Assembly: GCA_963798845.1 (NCBI GenBank)
Contig: CAWCUS010000002.1
Location: 64,001 to 128,000 of the forward strand
From: an uncultured Gemmatimonadales bacterium
GTDB lineage: Bacteria > Gemmatimonadota > Gemmatimonadetes > Longimicrobiales > RSA9
Direction: 5' to 3'
DNA: 64,000 nucleotides
Shown here: positions 18,272 through 28,324 of the stretch, one piece after another
Layout of the letters: each line of letters opens with the position of its first letter
Position numbering within the stretch: position 1 is the first letter of the stretch
Notes under the pieces: generated by a model
What the model was told of the DNA's origin: nothing
What the model saw: the letters and a program-made list of their open reading frames with translations, nothing else
Database searches by the model: none
Position numbers and translations under genes: made by a program

Positions 18272-18688
18272 ATGGACGAGGGCACGACGGAGACACGGAC
18301 GCTGTACTGTCCGAAATGCAGCCACGACGTGACGGTGACGGTCTCGCCGGCGCCGCTCCACAGCGGGCATGCCTCCATCCCGGACGGCGGTGAGCTGGTC
18401 TGCCTCGACTTCGGCCCCGACTGCACCGGGCCGCTGTGCGCGGTGTTCCGGGTCCCGCGCGTGGTGATGGGAGTGCGCCTGGCCCGGAGCGGACTGCGCC
18501 CAGACCGCCTCCAGCACGTGCGCGCGCTCTGCGAAGGGTGCCAGCGCGTCGTCCACCTCGAGATCCTCGACGAGACCCACGCCCACTGCCCGGACTGCGG
18601 CACGGTCAACACATGGAGCATGATGCGCCTGGACGGCGAGCAGTGGGTGGCCGTCACCGGACCGCGCGCGGCCGCCGAGCTGGAGTGA
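18272..18688 (+). CDS. Cys-rich hypothetical protein (paralog 2, plus zinc-ribbon-like tail)
   Basis: AGGAGG RBS; YCPKCSH...VCLDFGPDCTGPLC...RSGL, then CEGC...HCPDC. Confidence 0.85.
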   Translation: MDEGTTETRTLYCPKCSHDVTVTVSPAPLHSGHASIPDGGELVCLDFGPDCTGPLCAVFRVPRVVMGVRLARSGLRPDRLQHVRALCEGCQRVVHLEILDETHAHCPDCGTVNTWSMMRLDGEQWVAVTGPRAAAELE

Positions 18689-18770
18689 CGCGCCCGACGT
18701 CGCGGAGCCCGGGGCTCGCGCCATACGGATCATAGCCGCAACGCCCGTCTCGCTGGCGTTGCAGGGGGAG

Positions 18771-18808
18771 CGGCCCGCGACTATCCTCAGCGCGGGCCGT
18801 TTCCTTTT
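18771..18808 (+). terminator. Probable intrinsic terminator of the Rnf cluster
   Basis: CGGCCCGCG-N11-CGCGGGCCG followed by TTTCCTTTT. Confidence 0.6.
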
Positions 18809-18816
18809 CGGGCAGC

Positions 18817-19769
18817 ATGAGCCAGCGATCTCCCGTGCAGCGATTCATCCACGAGCTGCGGCGCCGCCACGTGCCACAGACGGCGGCGATCTACCTCGTG
18901 GCGGGCTGGGCGGCGATCCAGTTCGCCGACGTGGTCGCGCCCAACCTGGGGTGGCCCCAGGGCGTGGTCACCGCCGTGATCATCGCCGCAGCGGTCGGGT
19001 TCCCCGCCGTGCTGGTCCTCGCCTGGTTCTTCGATCTCGGCCCCGAGGGGATCCACCGTACCGGCGACGAACCGGCGCGCACCGGTCCCGGCTCCCCGTC
19101 GGCACCGGGCACCGCCGCGGCCGGAGGGCGGAGTGGCGCGCCATGGGTGGCCGCGGTGGCCATCCTGGTCGTTGCCATCGGGAGCGCCGTGGCCATGGCG
19201 CTGCTGCTCAGCGGGAACGGCGGCGAAGAGGCGCCGCGGCACCGGCTGCGGCTAAGGCCGGTGAGGCGGGCGGCGCATCGACGCGCCCGGCGACAGGCGA
19301 ACGTGAGGCGCTCCAGCGACCCGCCCCGCCCGACCTGACGATGCCGGGCATCCCCGGCGAGAGCCCCATGGACGTCGGGGCGGCCGTCGAGAAGGCGCTG
19401 AGCCAGCTTCGAATGCTCGACTCGGCCGGGGCGTTCGAGCGCGCCCGGGACATACGCGAGCAGATGACACTGGACCGGGCAGTCATCATCTCCTCGCCGC
19501 AGGGGTGGGGTGAGCCGCAGCGGATGGCCACCGTCCATCCGGGCGACACGATTGCCGTGGTCGGCGTCGCGCTGGACACCGCCGGCGTGGCGTCCGTTGC
19601 CCTGGACGGCCGCGTGGTGGCGGAGGCGAAGCCGCCGAAGCCGGCGCTCGATTTCCGGGCCACGGTGTTGGTTTCCGGAAGCGCTCCGCAGCGAAACGTC
19701 CCGCTGGTGGTCCGGACCGCGGACGGCCGCGAGATCCGCCGGGTGTACACGCTTCTCCAGGTGCCATAG
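18817..19769 (+). pseudogene. Membrane-anchored protein with 'ELRRRHV' N-terminal TM module, split by an apparent 1-nt frameshift
   Basis: N-terminal TM module resembles the gene starting at 25006. The frame becomes Arg-rich nonsense near 19235 while another frame continues AAAPAAAKAG...LLQVP to 19769. Confidence 0.6.
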
Positions 19770-19802
19770 GCGCTCCTCCGGGCCACCGCCCGGAGTGGGT
19801 CG

Positions 19803-20507
19803 TCATGCGGAGCGCCGCTGGATCCATCCGGCGACGACGTCCGCCACGTCCTCGAGCGCTTCCTCGTCGGTCCGTCCGGAGCGCACCAGGACGTGGAAGG
19901 AATGGTCGCCGCCGTCCACCTCGTGCAGCGCGGCGCGGCTTCCCAGTCCCGCCACGACGGCCCGGACCAGCCCGGGCTCGGCCAGGCGGTCGCGCGTCCC
20001 CTGGACGAACAGCATCGGGACCGGCACCGCGGCGAGGTGGTCCGCGCGGTCCGTCCCCGGCCGCCCCGCCGGGTGCAGCGGGAAGCCGAGGAACACCAGC
20101 CCCCGCACGCCCGGCAGCGGCTCCTCCGCGGCGGCCGTCGAGGTCATGCGCCCACCGAAGGACTTGCCGCCGGCGAAGAGCGGGAGCGCGCCTTCGCCGG
20201 CGAGCGGGGGCATGCCGTCGATGGCGGCGTCGAGGGCGGCAGCTACGGCCGCGCGCACCGTCGCCGTGGCCACGGCGGGGCGGTCCGGTCGCTTCCGCCT
20301 CGCCTCCATGTTCGGGAACTGGTAGCGCAGCGTGGCGACGCCGCGCCGTGAGAGGGCGTCGCTCATGGCCCCCATGAAGGGGTGTCGCATCCCGGCGCCG
20401 GCACCGTGGGCGAGGACGAGGAGCGCGCGGGCTTCCGGTGAGCGCTCCAGGAGACCGGAGACGTGGCCGTGCGGCGGGACGGGAATGCGGACGGTGCGGG
20501 CCGGCAT
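19803..20507 (-). CDS. Alpha/beta-hydrolase (KANL3/Tex30-like)
   Basis: LAHGAGAG, nucleophile elbow [26 protein letters not shown]. Confidence 0.9.
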   Translation of the reverse strand: MPARTVRIPVPPHGHVSGLLERSPEARALLVLAHGAGAGMRHPFMGAMSDALSRRGVATLRYQFPNMEARRKRPDRPAVATATVRAAVAAALDAAIDGMPPLAGEGALPLFAGGKSFGGRMTSTAAAEEPLPGVRGLVFLGFPLHPAGRPGTDRADHLAAVPVPMLFVQGTRDRLAEPGLVRAVVAGLGSRAALHEVDGGDHSFHVLVRSGRTDEEALEDVADVVAGWIQRRSA

Positions 20508-20594
20508 GGCGGAGGAACGTAGGGGTGTCGGAGCGTGGCCTCAACCGGCTATAGTCCGGGGTCCCGGGGCAGCACACTGTTGATCGCGAGGGCA

Positions 20595-21422
20595 ATGAAG
20601 GGATACACGACGGGAGAAGTGGCGGATCTCCTCGGGATGAGGCCGCGCCGGGTGCGGGAGTACGCGCGCTCCGGGATCCTGGACCCGGAGCGAGGCCCGG
20701 GCAACCGCTACCGCTTCGGCTTCCAGGACCTCGTCCTGCTGCGCACGGCGAAGGGGCTGCTCGACGCGCGAGTCCCGCAGCGACGGATCCTGCGCGCCCT
20801 GCGTCGTCTGAAGGAGCAGCTTCCGCGCGACCTCTCCCTCACCGCCGTCCGCATCGCGGCCGATGGAGACGAGGTGGTGGTCCGGGAACACGGCCGGGCG
20901 TGGGCTCCGGCTTCCGGGCAGATGCACCTCGTGTTCGACGTCGCCGAGCTCGCCGCCCGCGTCGAGCCGCTCGCGGACAGGGCGTTGGGGGAGGCGGAGG
21001 CCGACACCGACTCCGCGCTCGAGTGGTTCGAGCTGGGCGTCGAGCTCGAGGCTTACGCGCCCGCGCAGGCGCGGGAGGCCTTCACGAGGGCGCTCGCTCT
21101 CGAGCCCGGGCACCCGGACTCGCTCCTCCACCTGGGCCGCCTGTTCTACGAGGAGGGCGCCACGGAAGCGGCCATCGTGCACTACAGGCGGGCGCTGGAG
21201 GCGAGCGGCGGCGGCCACGCGGCGGCGGCCTTCCACCTGGGCGTCGCGCTCGAGGACGCAGGGCGGGGCAGGGCGGCGAGGGACGCGTTCATCGTTGCCG
21301 TCGGCGCGGATCCCGGGTGGGCGGACGCCCACTATCACCTCTCCCGGACGTGCGAGCGTCTCGGAGACGGGCTGTCCGCGCTCCGTCACATGAAGGCGTA
21401 CCGCGCGCTCCAGGGCTCCTGA
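20595..21422 (+). CDS. MerR-type HTH plus TPR protein
   Basis: YTTGEVADLLG...YRFGFQDLVLLR HTH; C-terminal TPR-like repeats. Confidence 0.85.
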   Translation: MKGYTTGEVADLLGMRPRRVREYARSGILDPERGPGNRYRFGFQDLVLLRTAKGLLDARVPQRRILRALRRLKEQLPRDLSLTAVRIAADGDEVVVREHGRAWAPASGQMHLVFDVAELAARVEPLADRALGEAEADTDSALEWFELGVELEAYAPAQAREAFTRALALEPGHPDSLLHLGRLFYEEGATEAAIVHYRRALEASGGGHAAAAFHLGVALEDAGRGRAARDAFIVAVGADPGWADAHYHLSRTCERLGDGLSALRHMKAYRALQGS

Positions 21423-21439
21423 TCGCAGGAATCCACGCC

Positions 21440-22105
21440 CTAACCTGGCGCCCGCTCCACGTGCAGGCGGGAGGCCAGCTCGAGCCCCACCATCTCCTCG
21501 ACAGCGCCGACCCGAACCCGTAGCGGGCCGTCCGACGCCCCGCGTTCCAGGACCTCCACCTCCACGCCCGGCACCAGGTTCAGCTGCGCCATGTAGCGCA
21601 GCACTTCCGCGTCGTCGTCGGGAACGCGGCGGAGAACCGCTGGGGTCCGGTCTTCCAGCTCGGCGAGGGTGGGAAGCGCGAGGGCGTCGAGCTTCCCGGC
21701 CGCGCTCGGGATCGGATGCCCGTGCGGATCCACCACCGGGTTGCCCAGCACCCGCGCCATGCGGTTCACCATCGTGTCCGACGCCGCGTGCTCCAGCCGC
21801 TCCGCTTCCTGGTGCACCATGTCCCACGTGTAGCCCAGCACCTCCACCAGGAAAAGCTCCAGGATCCGGTGCCGGCGGATCATCCGGATCGCCTCCCGCC
21901 GCCCCGCCTCCGTCAGTGAGGCTCCCTGGTACCGCTCGTGCCGCACCAGCCCCTGCTGGCCGAGGCGCTTCAGCATCCCCGTCACGGACGCCGGGGCCAC
22001 GCCCAGGCGCTCGGCGATCGCCGATGTTCCCACCGCACCTTCGCCTCCGGGTTCGCACAGGAGGTAGATCGCTTTCAGGTAGTCTTCCACGGCGGGTGTC
22101 GGCAT
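21440..22105 (-). CDS. mntR: DtxR/MntR-family metal-dependent regulator with FeoA/SH3 domain
   Basis: VEDYLKAIY, SVTGMLKRL, RRHRILELFL, VHQEAERLEH, DPHGHPIP. Confidence 0.93.
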   Translation of the reverse strand: MPTPAVEDYLKAIYLLCEPGGEGAVGTSAIAERLGVAPASVTGMLKRLGQQGLVRHERYQGASLTEAGRREAIRMIRRHRILELFLVEVLGYTWDMVHQEAERLEHAASDTMVNRMARVLGNPVVDPHGHPIPSAAGKLDALALPTLAELEDRTPAVLRRVPDDDAEVLRYMAQLNLVPGVEVEVLERGASDGPLRVRVGAVEEMVGLELASRLHVERAPG

Positions 22106-22278
22106 GCCGGCAGGGTAGTGCCCCACCAATGAGGCCGCAACCGGTTGTGCCGTCGATGGCTAGCGCTCAGGGAGCCCCCCACGGGAGGATCAAGAAATTT
22201 CCGACAGACATTCCGGCCATCATGTCCGAGATTGTATGGTGAGTTCTCCGCTCCGCACGCTCCCACCAAGGAGGGCAC

Positions 22279-23196
22279 ATGTACGACCGGGTCATCGTGC
22301 CGCTGGCCGAAGACGCCGAGACGCCGTGCCTGGCCCACGCCCGAACCCTTGCCCGCAATCTCAGCTGCGAGCTGACCCTGCTGCACGTCCACGAGTGCGC
22401 GGAAGCGCCGGTGGAGCTGGAAGCGCTTCCGCAGTACCGGTTCCAGCACGTCGTGGAGTCCTGGACCGGGCGGGACATGGACGTGGAGGCGGAAGAGCTG
22501 GAATGGCTGGCGGGGATCGCCGACCGGCTGGCGTCGGACGAGCCGGACCTCACGATCTCGACGCGGGTGGTCCACGCCCCGCTGACGGCGGCGCTGGCGG
22601 CTCCGGGCGAGCGGGCGCTGGTGATCGCGCCGGCCCGTGACCTGCACCTGGATGGCCTCAACTTCGCGACGCGCGAGCTGGTGCGAACGGGCGGGCTGCC
22701 GGTGCTGGTCGCGCCGGTGGAGCGGTCGCTGCTCCCGCTGCGCAGGATCCTGATCGCGCTGGACGGATCCGAGTTCTCCCGGGAGGTGGTGGGTCCGGCG
22801 CTCGAGCTCGCCCGGGCCACCGGGGCCCGCGTGTCTCTGCTCGAAGTGGTGACGCGCCACAACGGGCTGGTTCGGCTGCTCCGCGCGGGGGACCGGACGG
22901 CGGACGCCGCCGAGCGCTCGCTCCGGGACGTTCGGGAGCGGATACCGCCGGACGTCGGGCCCGTCGACGTGAGGGTGGTGGAGCACGGCAACCCGGCGGC
23001 CGGGATCGCGCTCGAGGCCCGGCGTGAGGACGTGGACCTGGTCGCCATGGCCACGCACGGACGAGGAGGGCTGCGTCGAATCCTGATGGGGAGCGTGGCG
23101 GAGAGCGTGGTCCGCAGCGTACAGCTCCCGGTCCTCCTCTTCCGGCCGACCGCGGCGGGCGTGGCTCCCGAGATCCGCCCTGCCCCCGTCGCCTGA
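22279..23196 (+). CDS. Universal stress protein (tandem USP domains)
   Basis: RILIALDGSEFS, DLVAMATHGRGGLRRILMGSVAESVVR; AAGGAGG RBS. Confidence 0.9.
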   Translation: MYDRVIVPLAEDAETPCLAHARTLARNLSCELTLLHVHECAEAPVELEALPQYRFQHVVESWTGRDMDVEAEELEWLAGIADRLASDEPDLTISTRVVHAPLTAALAAPGERALVIAPARDLHLDGLNFATRELVRTGGLPVLVAPVERSLLPLRRILIALDGSEFSREVVGPALELARATGARVSLLEVVTRHNGLVRLLRAGDRTADAAERSLRDVRERIPPDVGPVDVRVVEHGNPAAGIALEARREDVDLVAMATHGRGGLRRILMGSVAESVVRSVQLPVLLFRPTAAGVAPEIRPAPVA

Positions 23197-23200
23197 GGGA

Positions 23201-25006
23201 TCAGCGACCGGGGAGCCGCGCGGCGGGGGCCTCGACGCCGATGGCGTCGGCTACCGCCCTGAAGCGAGGCTCCGCCCGTAGCGGATCGAGGAGGGGGTGG
23301 ACCAGATAGAACGGAAGGTTCGGGTCCGCCCCCTCTTCGTATGCCTGCTCGATCCGCTCCAGCGCCTGGTCCCGCGCACCGACGGCAGCGAAGAGGAGCG
23401 CCGCCTGGGCTGGCGGGAGCGATGGCGCAGCGCGCGTGAGCGCGGGTAGCGCCGCCGCCCGCCGTCCCGCATCGCCGCCAGCCCCGATCACCGCCGACAC
23501 CGCGGCCGCCACTTCCGGCTGGAATGCCGCCCTCGCCGCCTCCTCAGCCTCCCCATCCGGACACCCGGCGGTGAGACAGACATAGACGAACCCTCGCTGC
23601 GCCACGGCGTAGCCCGGGTCCTCGCCGGCCAGGCGGCCGAGGGTGGCTCGGGCGTCGTCGTAGTCGTGAGCGACCGTCTGCAGGTAGCCGAGGATATAGC
23701 GCGCTGCCACGGACAACGGGTCGATGTCCAGCGCGCGGTCCACCTCCACCCGGGCTTCGGCCAGGCGGCCCATCATCAGGAGTGTTTCCGCGTACCACTG
23801 GTGACCCGTGGCGTAGTTCGGCTGGAACTCCAGCGCGCGCCGGTATGCCATGGCGGCAGCATCGAGATTCCACTCCAGCGACTGGGAGATCTGGCCGAGC
23901 GCGGCGTGCGCCTCCGCCAGCTGGGCGTCGAGGGCCAGCGCGCGGGCTGCCGCTTCGGTGCCGAGCGCCGCAGCGGAATCGGCGGGGAAGTCGCTGTAGA
24001 TCGGAAGCACGGCGTACGTGAGAGCGATGCCGGCGTGAGCCAGCGCGTACGACTCATCCTCGGACACGGCCTGCTGGAAGTACTCGAGGGCGCGCTGGAG
24101 GTCGGCCTCGGTGCGGCCGTGCCAGCGCGCGAGGCCGAGGAGGTAGGCGTCGTGGGCGCGCACGCTGGACGTCCCGGCCCGAAGGTCGGAGGCGCCCGCG
24201 ACGAGCTGGAGCCGAAGCGCCTCGGCGACGGCGCCGGAGATCTCGTCCTGGATGCCGAAGATGTCGCTGGCGGTCCGGTCGTACTGCTGCGACCAGATCT
24301 GGAACCCGGAGCGTACGTCCACCAGCTCGACCGTGACGCGGAGCTGGTCCCCTTCCCGCCGCAGGCTCCCCTCCACCACAGCGTCGACGCTCAGGCGACG
24401 GCCGATCTCGTCCAGGCCCACGTCCCGGCTGCGGAACGCGAACGACGACGCCCTCGCCGCCACCCGGATCTCCGGGATCCTCGCCAGCCGGTTGATCAGC
24501 TCCTCGGCCACGCCGTCGGCGAAGTACGCCTGGTCCTGCGCGGGGCTCAGGTCGGAGAACGGCAGCACCGCCACGGCGTTCACGCGCTCGGGGTGGACCA
24601 CGGCGCCCGGCACGAAGGCGGAGTAGGCGCCGAACGCCACCAGCGCCACCACGATGCCCGCACCGAAGACGCCCGCCAGCCGCAGCGGCCGCGGCTGGAC
24701 CACGACCTGCGCGGGCGCCGTCGAAACCGCGACGGGCGCGTCGGAGTCCGACCGCACGTCCTCCAGCGCGGCCGTACGGACCACGCCCTGGGGCGTGATG
24801 TCGAACGCCCACGCCAGGATCAGCGTCACGGGGAAGCCGAGGAAGGCCAGGACCACCACCGCGCGGCTCACCCATTCGGGGAACCCGAACAGCGGGAACG
24901 TCTCCAGCACGATCTCGACGGCCATCCAGACGACGAGGACGTAGGCCCCCGCCACCCTCCAGACGCGCCGCCGCCGCAGCTCGGACAGGAACCCCGCGAT
25001 CTCCAC
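23201..25006 (-). CDS. Membrane-anchored TolB-like/TPR protein (adenylate-cyclase-associated type, no cyclase domain)
   Basis: ELRRRRVWRVAGAY TM module, AVAVLPFSDLS...YFADGVAEELINRL, RVAARASSF, TPR repeats; GTG start after AAGGAG. Confidence 0.88.
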   Translation of the reverse strand: MEIAGFLSELRRRRVWRVAGAYVLVVWMAVEIVLETFPLFGFPEWVSRAVVVLAFLGFPVTLILAWAFDITPQGVVRTAALEDVRSDSDAPVAVSTAPAQVVVQPRPLRLAGVFGAGIVVALVAFGAYSAFVPGAVVHPERVNAVAVLPFSDLSPAQDQAYFADGVAEELINRLARIPEIRVAARASSFAFRSRDVGLDEIGRRLSVDAVVEGSLRREGDQLRVTVELVDVRSGFQIWSQQYDRTASDIFGIQDEISGAVAEALRLQLVAGASDLRAGTSSVRAHDAYLLGLARWHGRTEADLQRALEYFQQAVSEDESYALAHAGIALTYAVLPIYSDFPADSAAALGTEAAARALALDAQLAEAHAALGQISQSLEWNLDAAAMAYRRALEFQPNYATGHQWYAETLLMMGRLAEARVEVDRALDIDPLSVAARYILGYLQTVAHDYDDARATLGRLAGEDPGYAVAQRGFVYVCLTAGCPDGEAEEAARAAFQPEVAAAVSAVIGAGGDAGRRAAALPALTRAAPSLPPAQAALLFAAVGARDQALERIEQAYEEGADPNLPFYLVHPLLDPLRAEPRFRAVADAIGVEAPAARLPGR

Positions 25007-25181
25007 CCCGATCTCCTTCCGCTTCACCCGGATCCTTCGCCCGTTGGACACCGGTGGACGCCTCATCGTTGGACAAGGTAAGCGGCGCCCGAGGCCGTGG
25101 GGAGAGCGTCGCCCGGGAACGGCCCTTGCCTCCGAACGACGGAGGAGAACAAGTCCGACGAGTTCAAGCAGAGGTCTGGTG

Positions 25182-26711
25182 ATGAACGCAGGGGACGCCG
25201 CCGAGCGTGACCGGGAGCGTCTGTATCGTGCGCTCCGGGAACGGTTCGGCCACGAGGACTTTCGGCCCGGGCAGGAAGAGGTGATCCGGGCGGTCCTCGA
25301 CGACCGCGACGCCCTGGTGGTGCTGCCCACGGGCGCGGGGAAGAGCCTCATGTACCAGCTCCCGGCAGTGATCAAGCCGGGGATCACGGTCGTGGTCTCG
25401 CCCCTCATCGCGCTCATGAAGGACCAGACGGACAAGCTGGACCGCGCCGGCGTGGACGCACTCACCATCAACTCGGGACTCACGGGCTCTGAAAAGCGGG
25501 CGGCGGAGCACGCGGTGGCGGAGGGGGGCGGCGAGATCCTGTACGTGACACCCGAGCGGTTCCGCGACCGTGATTTCTTCGACGCGCTGCTCGACCGGGA
25601 TGTGAGTCTCCTGGTTGTGGACGAGGCGCACTGCATCTCGGAGTGGGGCCACGACTTCCGTCCCGACTACATGATGATCGGCGCGATCGCCGAGCGGCTG
25701 GGGCGGCCACCGGTGCTCGCCCTCACCGCCACCGCCACGCCGGATGTGCGGGAGGACATCGTCGCGCAGCTCCGGATGCGGGACCCCTTCCGCTTCACCG
25801 TGGACCTGCTGCGCCCCAACCTCTTCCTGGCCCTCGAGCGCACCGTCAACGAGGAGCAGAAGGAGGCGATGCTCCTCCGGCTGCTCGAGGAGACGGAGGG
25901 GACGGGGATCGTCTACTTCGCCACGGTGCGCGACGCGGAGCGCATGTTCGACGCGCTCGAGGACCGCTTCGACCTGGTCCTGTACCACGGCCAGCGCACG
26001 GCGAAGCAGCGGCGCGACGCCCAGAACGCGTTCATGGAGGGCAGGGTCAAGGCGGTCTTCGCCACCAACGCGTTCGGGCTCGGGATCGACAAGCCGGACA
26101 TCCGCTTCGTGGTCCACTACCACTTCCCCGGCTCCCTCGAGGCCTACTACCAGGAGGTGGGACGCGCCGGGCGCGACGGGAAGCCGGCGCTCTGCGTCCT
26201 GCTGTACCGGGAAGAGGACCGCCGGATCCAGAGCTACTTCCTCGGCGGCAGGTACCCGTCGCTGGAAGAGGCTGCCCAGGTCGCACGCGTCATGAACGCC
26301 CTGGATACCGGCGACGCACGGCCCCTGGACGACATCGCCTCCGCCGCCGACGTCCCCGCCCGCAAGTCACGCATCGTACTCACTCTCCTCAAGCGCGAGG
26401 GGGCCGTGCGCGAGCACCGGGGTGGCGGGTGGGAACGGTTGGTGCCGGACGTCGCCCGGGCGGACCTGGAGACGGACCTCCTCGACTACGAGGCTCGCAG
26501 GGAGGCGGACCGCGAAAAGCTCGCGGCCATGGTCTCCTACTGCCGCAGCGCCCGCTGCCGCACCCGCTTCATCACCCGTTACTTCGGCTCGGACGGGCAG
26601 ATCGCCGGGGCCGTGGCGACCGGGCGTCCGCCGGACGCCCCCGATGGGTCCTGCGGCCATTGCGACAATTGCGAAGGCCGACGCTGGCCCCGGGCCGCCA
26701 GCGTGGCGTGA
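25182..26711 (+). CDS. recQ: RecQ-family ATP-dependent DNA helicase (no HRDC domain)
   Basis: LPTGAGKS, DEAHCISEWGHDFRP, TATA, QEVGRAGRDG, Zn site CR...CGHCDNC. Confidence 0.95.
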   Translation: MNAGDAAERDRERLYRALRERFGHEDFRPGQEEVIRAVLDDRDALVVLPTGAGKSLMYQLPAVIKPGITVVVSPLIALMKDQTDKLDRAGVDALTINSGLTGSEKRAAEHAVAEGGGEILYVTPERFRDRDFFDALLDRDVSLLVVDEAHCISEWGHDFRPDYMMIGAIAERLGRPPVLALTATATPDVREDIVAQLRMRDPFRFTVDLLRPNLFLALERTVNEEQKEAMLLRLLEETEGTGIVYFATVRDAERMFDALEDRFDLVLYHGQRTAKQRRDAQNAFMEGRVKAVFATNAFGLGIDKPDIRFVVHYHFPGSLEAYYQEVGRAGRDGKPALCVLLYREEDRRIQSYFLGGRYPSLEEAAQVARVMNALDTGDARPLDDIASAADVPARKSRIVLTLLKREGAVREHRGGGWERLVPDVARADLETDLLDYEARREADREKLAAMVSYCRSARCRTRFITRYFGSDGQIAGAVATGRPPDAPDGSCGHCDNCEGRRWPRAASVA

Positions 26712-26761
26712 GCCGAAGGCGACCATCGCGGCGGGGCGGCGCGCTTCCTAACTTCAGCACC

Positions 26762-28324
26762 ATGAGTGAACGCTGGGACTTCGTCATCATCGGGTCCGGA
26801 TTCGGCGGAAGCGTATCCGCGCTGCGGCTCGCCGAGAAGGGATACCGCGTCCTCGTCCTGGAAAAGGGGCGGCGCTTCGACGCCGACGATTTCGCCCGCC
26901 GCAACTGGAACCTCCGGCGCTGGCTCTGGGCGCCCCGCCTCGGGCTCCGCGGCCCATTCCGCATGACTTTCCTCCGCCATCTCACTGCCCTGTCCGGGGT
27001 CGGCGTCGGCGGCGGATCCCTCGTCTACGCGGGCGTCCTCCAGGAGCCCGGAGAGCGTTTCTTCCGCGCCCCATCCTGGAGCCACCTTGCGGACGACTGG
27101 CACGCCGAGCTCTCGCCGCACTACGCTACCGCCCGCCGCATGCTCGGCGCCGCCGAGGTCCCGTTCGAGACATACCCCGACCGGGTGGTGGCCGACGTGG
27201 CCGCGGCCATGGGGCGGAGCGAGCATCACCGCCCGACGCACGTCAGCGTCTACTTCGGCGAGCCGGGCGTCACGGTGGCCGACCCCTTCTTCGGCGGCGA
27301 GGGCCCCGACCGCACCGGCTGCACGCGCTGCGGCGGGTGCATGGTCGGCTGCCGGTTCGGTGCCAAGAACACCCTCGACCGCAACTACCTGTGGCTCGCG
27401 GAGCGGAAGGGCGCCGAAATCCGCGCACTGGCCGAGGTCGCCGCCGTCCGCGTGGACCACGGCGGGTATCGCGTGGAAACCCGGGAAGGCGCCCTCCCCT
27501 GGCCCCGCCGCCGCCGCGTCTACCACGCCGACCGCGTGGTCTTCGCCGGCGGCGTGCTCGGGACCGTCCCCCTGCTCCTCCGCATGAAGGCGGACCCGGC
27601 GGGACTCCCGCGCCTGTCCCCCCGAATCGGCGATTACGTCCGCACCAACTCCGAGGTGCTCATGGGCGTGGTCGCGCCAGGCACCGAGATGGCAGACGGC
27701 GTCGCCATCACCTCCATCCTCGACGCCGGCGGCCGCGCGACCCTCGAGCCCGTCCGCTACCCGGCCGGCTCCGGCGCCCTCCGGCTCCTCCAGGCACCCC
27801 ACGCCCCCGGCGAGACCCTCGCCCGACGACTCGCCGCCGCCCTCCGCCGTGTGGCCCGCCACCCCGTCCGGACCCTCCGCACCTGGCTCGTGCGCGACTG
27901 GGCACGCCACACCATGATCCTCCTCTACATGAGCACCGACGACGCTCACCTCCAGCTCCGGCTCCGCCCCCGAACCCGGACCCTCGCCACCGTCGCCGAG
28001 CCGGGCGCGGCTCCCCGCGCCTCCCTCCCCGAGGCCACACGCATCGGCGAGGAGGTCGCCCAACGCACCGGCGGCTATCCCGTCAGCTTCATCATGGAGA
28101 CCCTCACCGCCACACCCACCACAGCCCACATCCTCGGCGGCTGCATCATGGGCGACTCCCCCGAAACCGGCGTCATTCGCCCAGACCACCAGCTCTGGAA
28201 CTATCCCGGCCTCTTCGTCGTCGACGGTTCCGCCGTCTCGGCCAATCCCGGCGTCAATCCCTCCCTCACCATCACCGCCCTCGCCGAGCGCGCCATGTCG
28301 CGTGTCTCACCTCGCCCGGCGTGA
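26762..28324 (+). CDS. GMC-family oxidoreductase (cholesterol oxidase ChoD-like)
   Basis: IIGSGFGGSVSA, GVGGGSLVY, CTRCGGCMVGC...AKNTLD, TAHILGG, NPGVNPSLTITALAER. Confidence 0.9.
   Translation: MSERWDFVIIGSGFGGSVSALRLAEKGYRVLVLEKGRRFDADDFARRNWNLRRWLWAPRLGLRGPFRMTFLRHLTALSGVGVGGGSLVYAGVLQEPGERFFRAPSWSHLADDWHAELSPHYATARRMLGAAEVPFETYPDRVVADVAAAMGRSEHHRPTHVSVYFGEPGVTVADPFFGGEGPDRTGCTRCGGCMVGCRFGAKNTLDRNYLWLAERKGAEIRALAEVAAVRVDHGGYRVETREGALPWPRRRRVYHADRVVFAGGVLGTVPLLLRMKADPAGLPRLSPRIGDYVRTNSEVLMGVVAPGTEMADGVAITSILDAGGRATLEPVRYPAGSGALRLLQAPHAPGETLARRLAAALRRVARHPVRTLRTWLVRDWARHTMILLYMSTDDAHLQLRLRPRTRTLATVAEPGAAPRASLPEATRIGEEVAQRTGGYPVSFIMETLTATPTTAHILGGCIMGDSPETGVIRPDHQLWNYPGLFVVDGSAVSANPGVNPSLTITALAERAMSRVSPRPA

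Noticed and set aside
25643..26761. Apparent long N-terminal extension of the GMC oxidase (893-aa ORF)
   Set aside because: The upstream part overlaps recQ in another frame; the FAD-binding motif begins right after ATG 26762.
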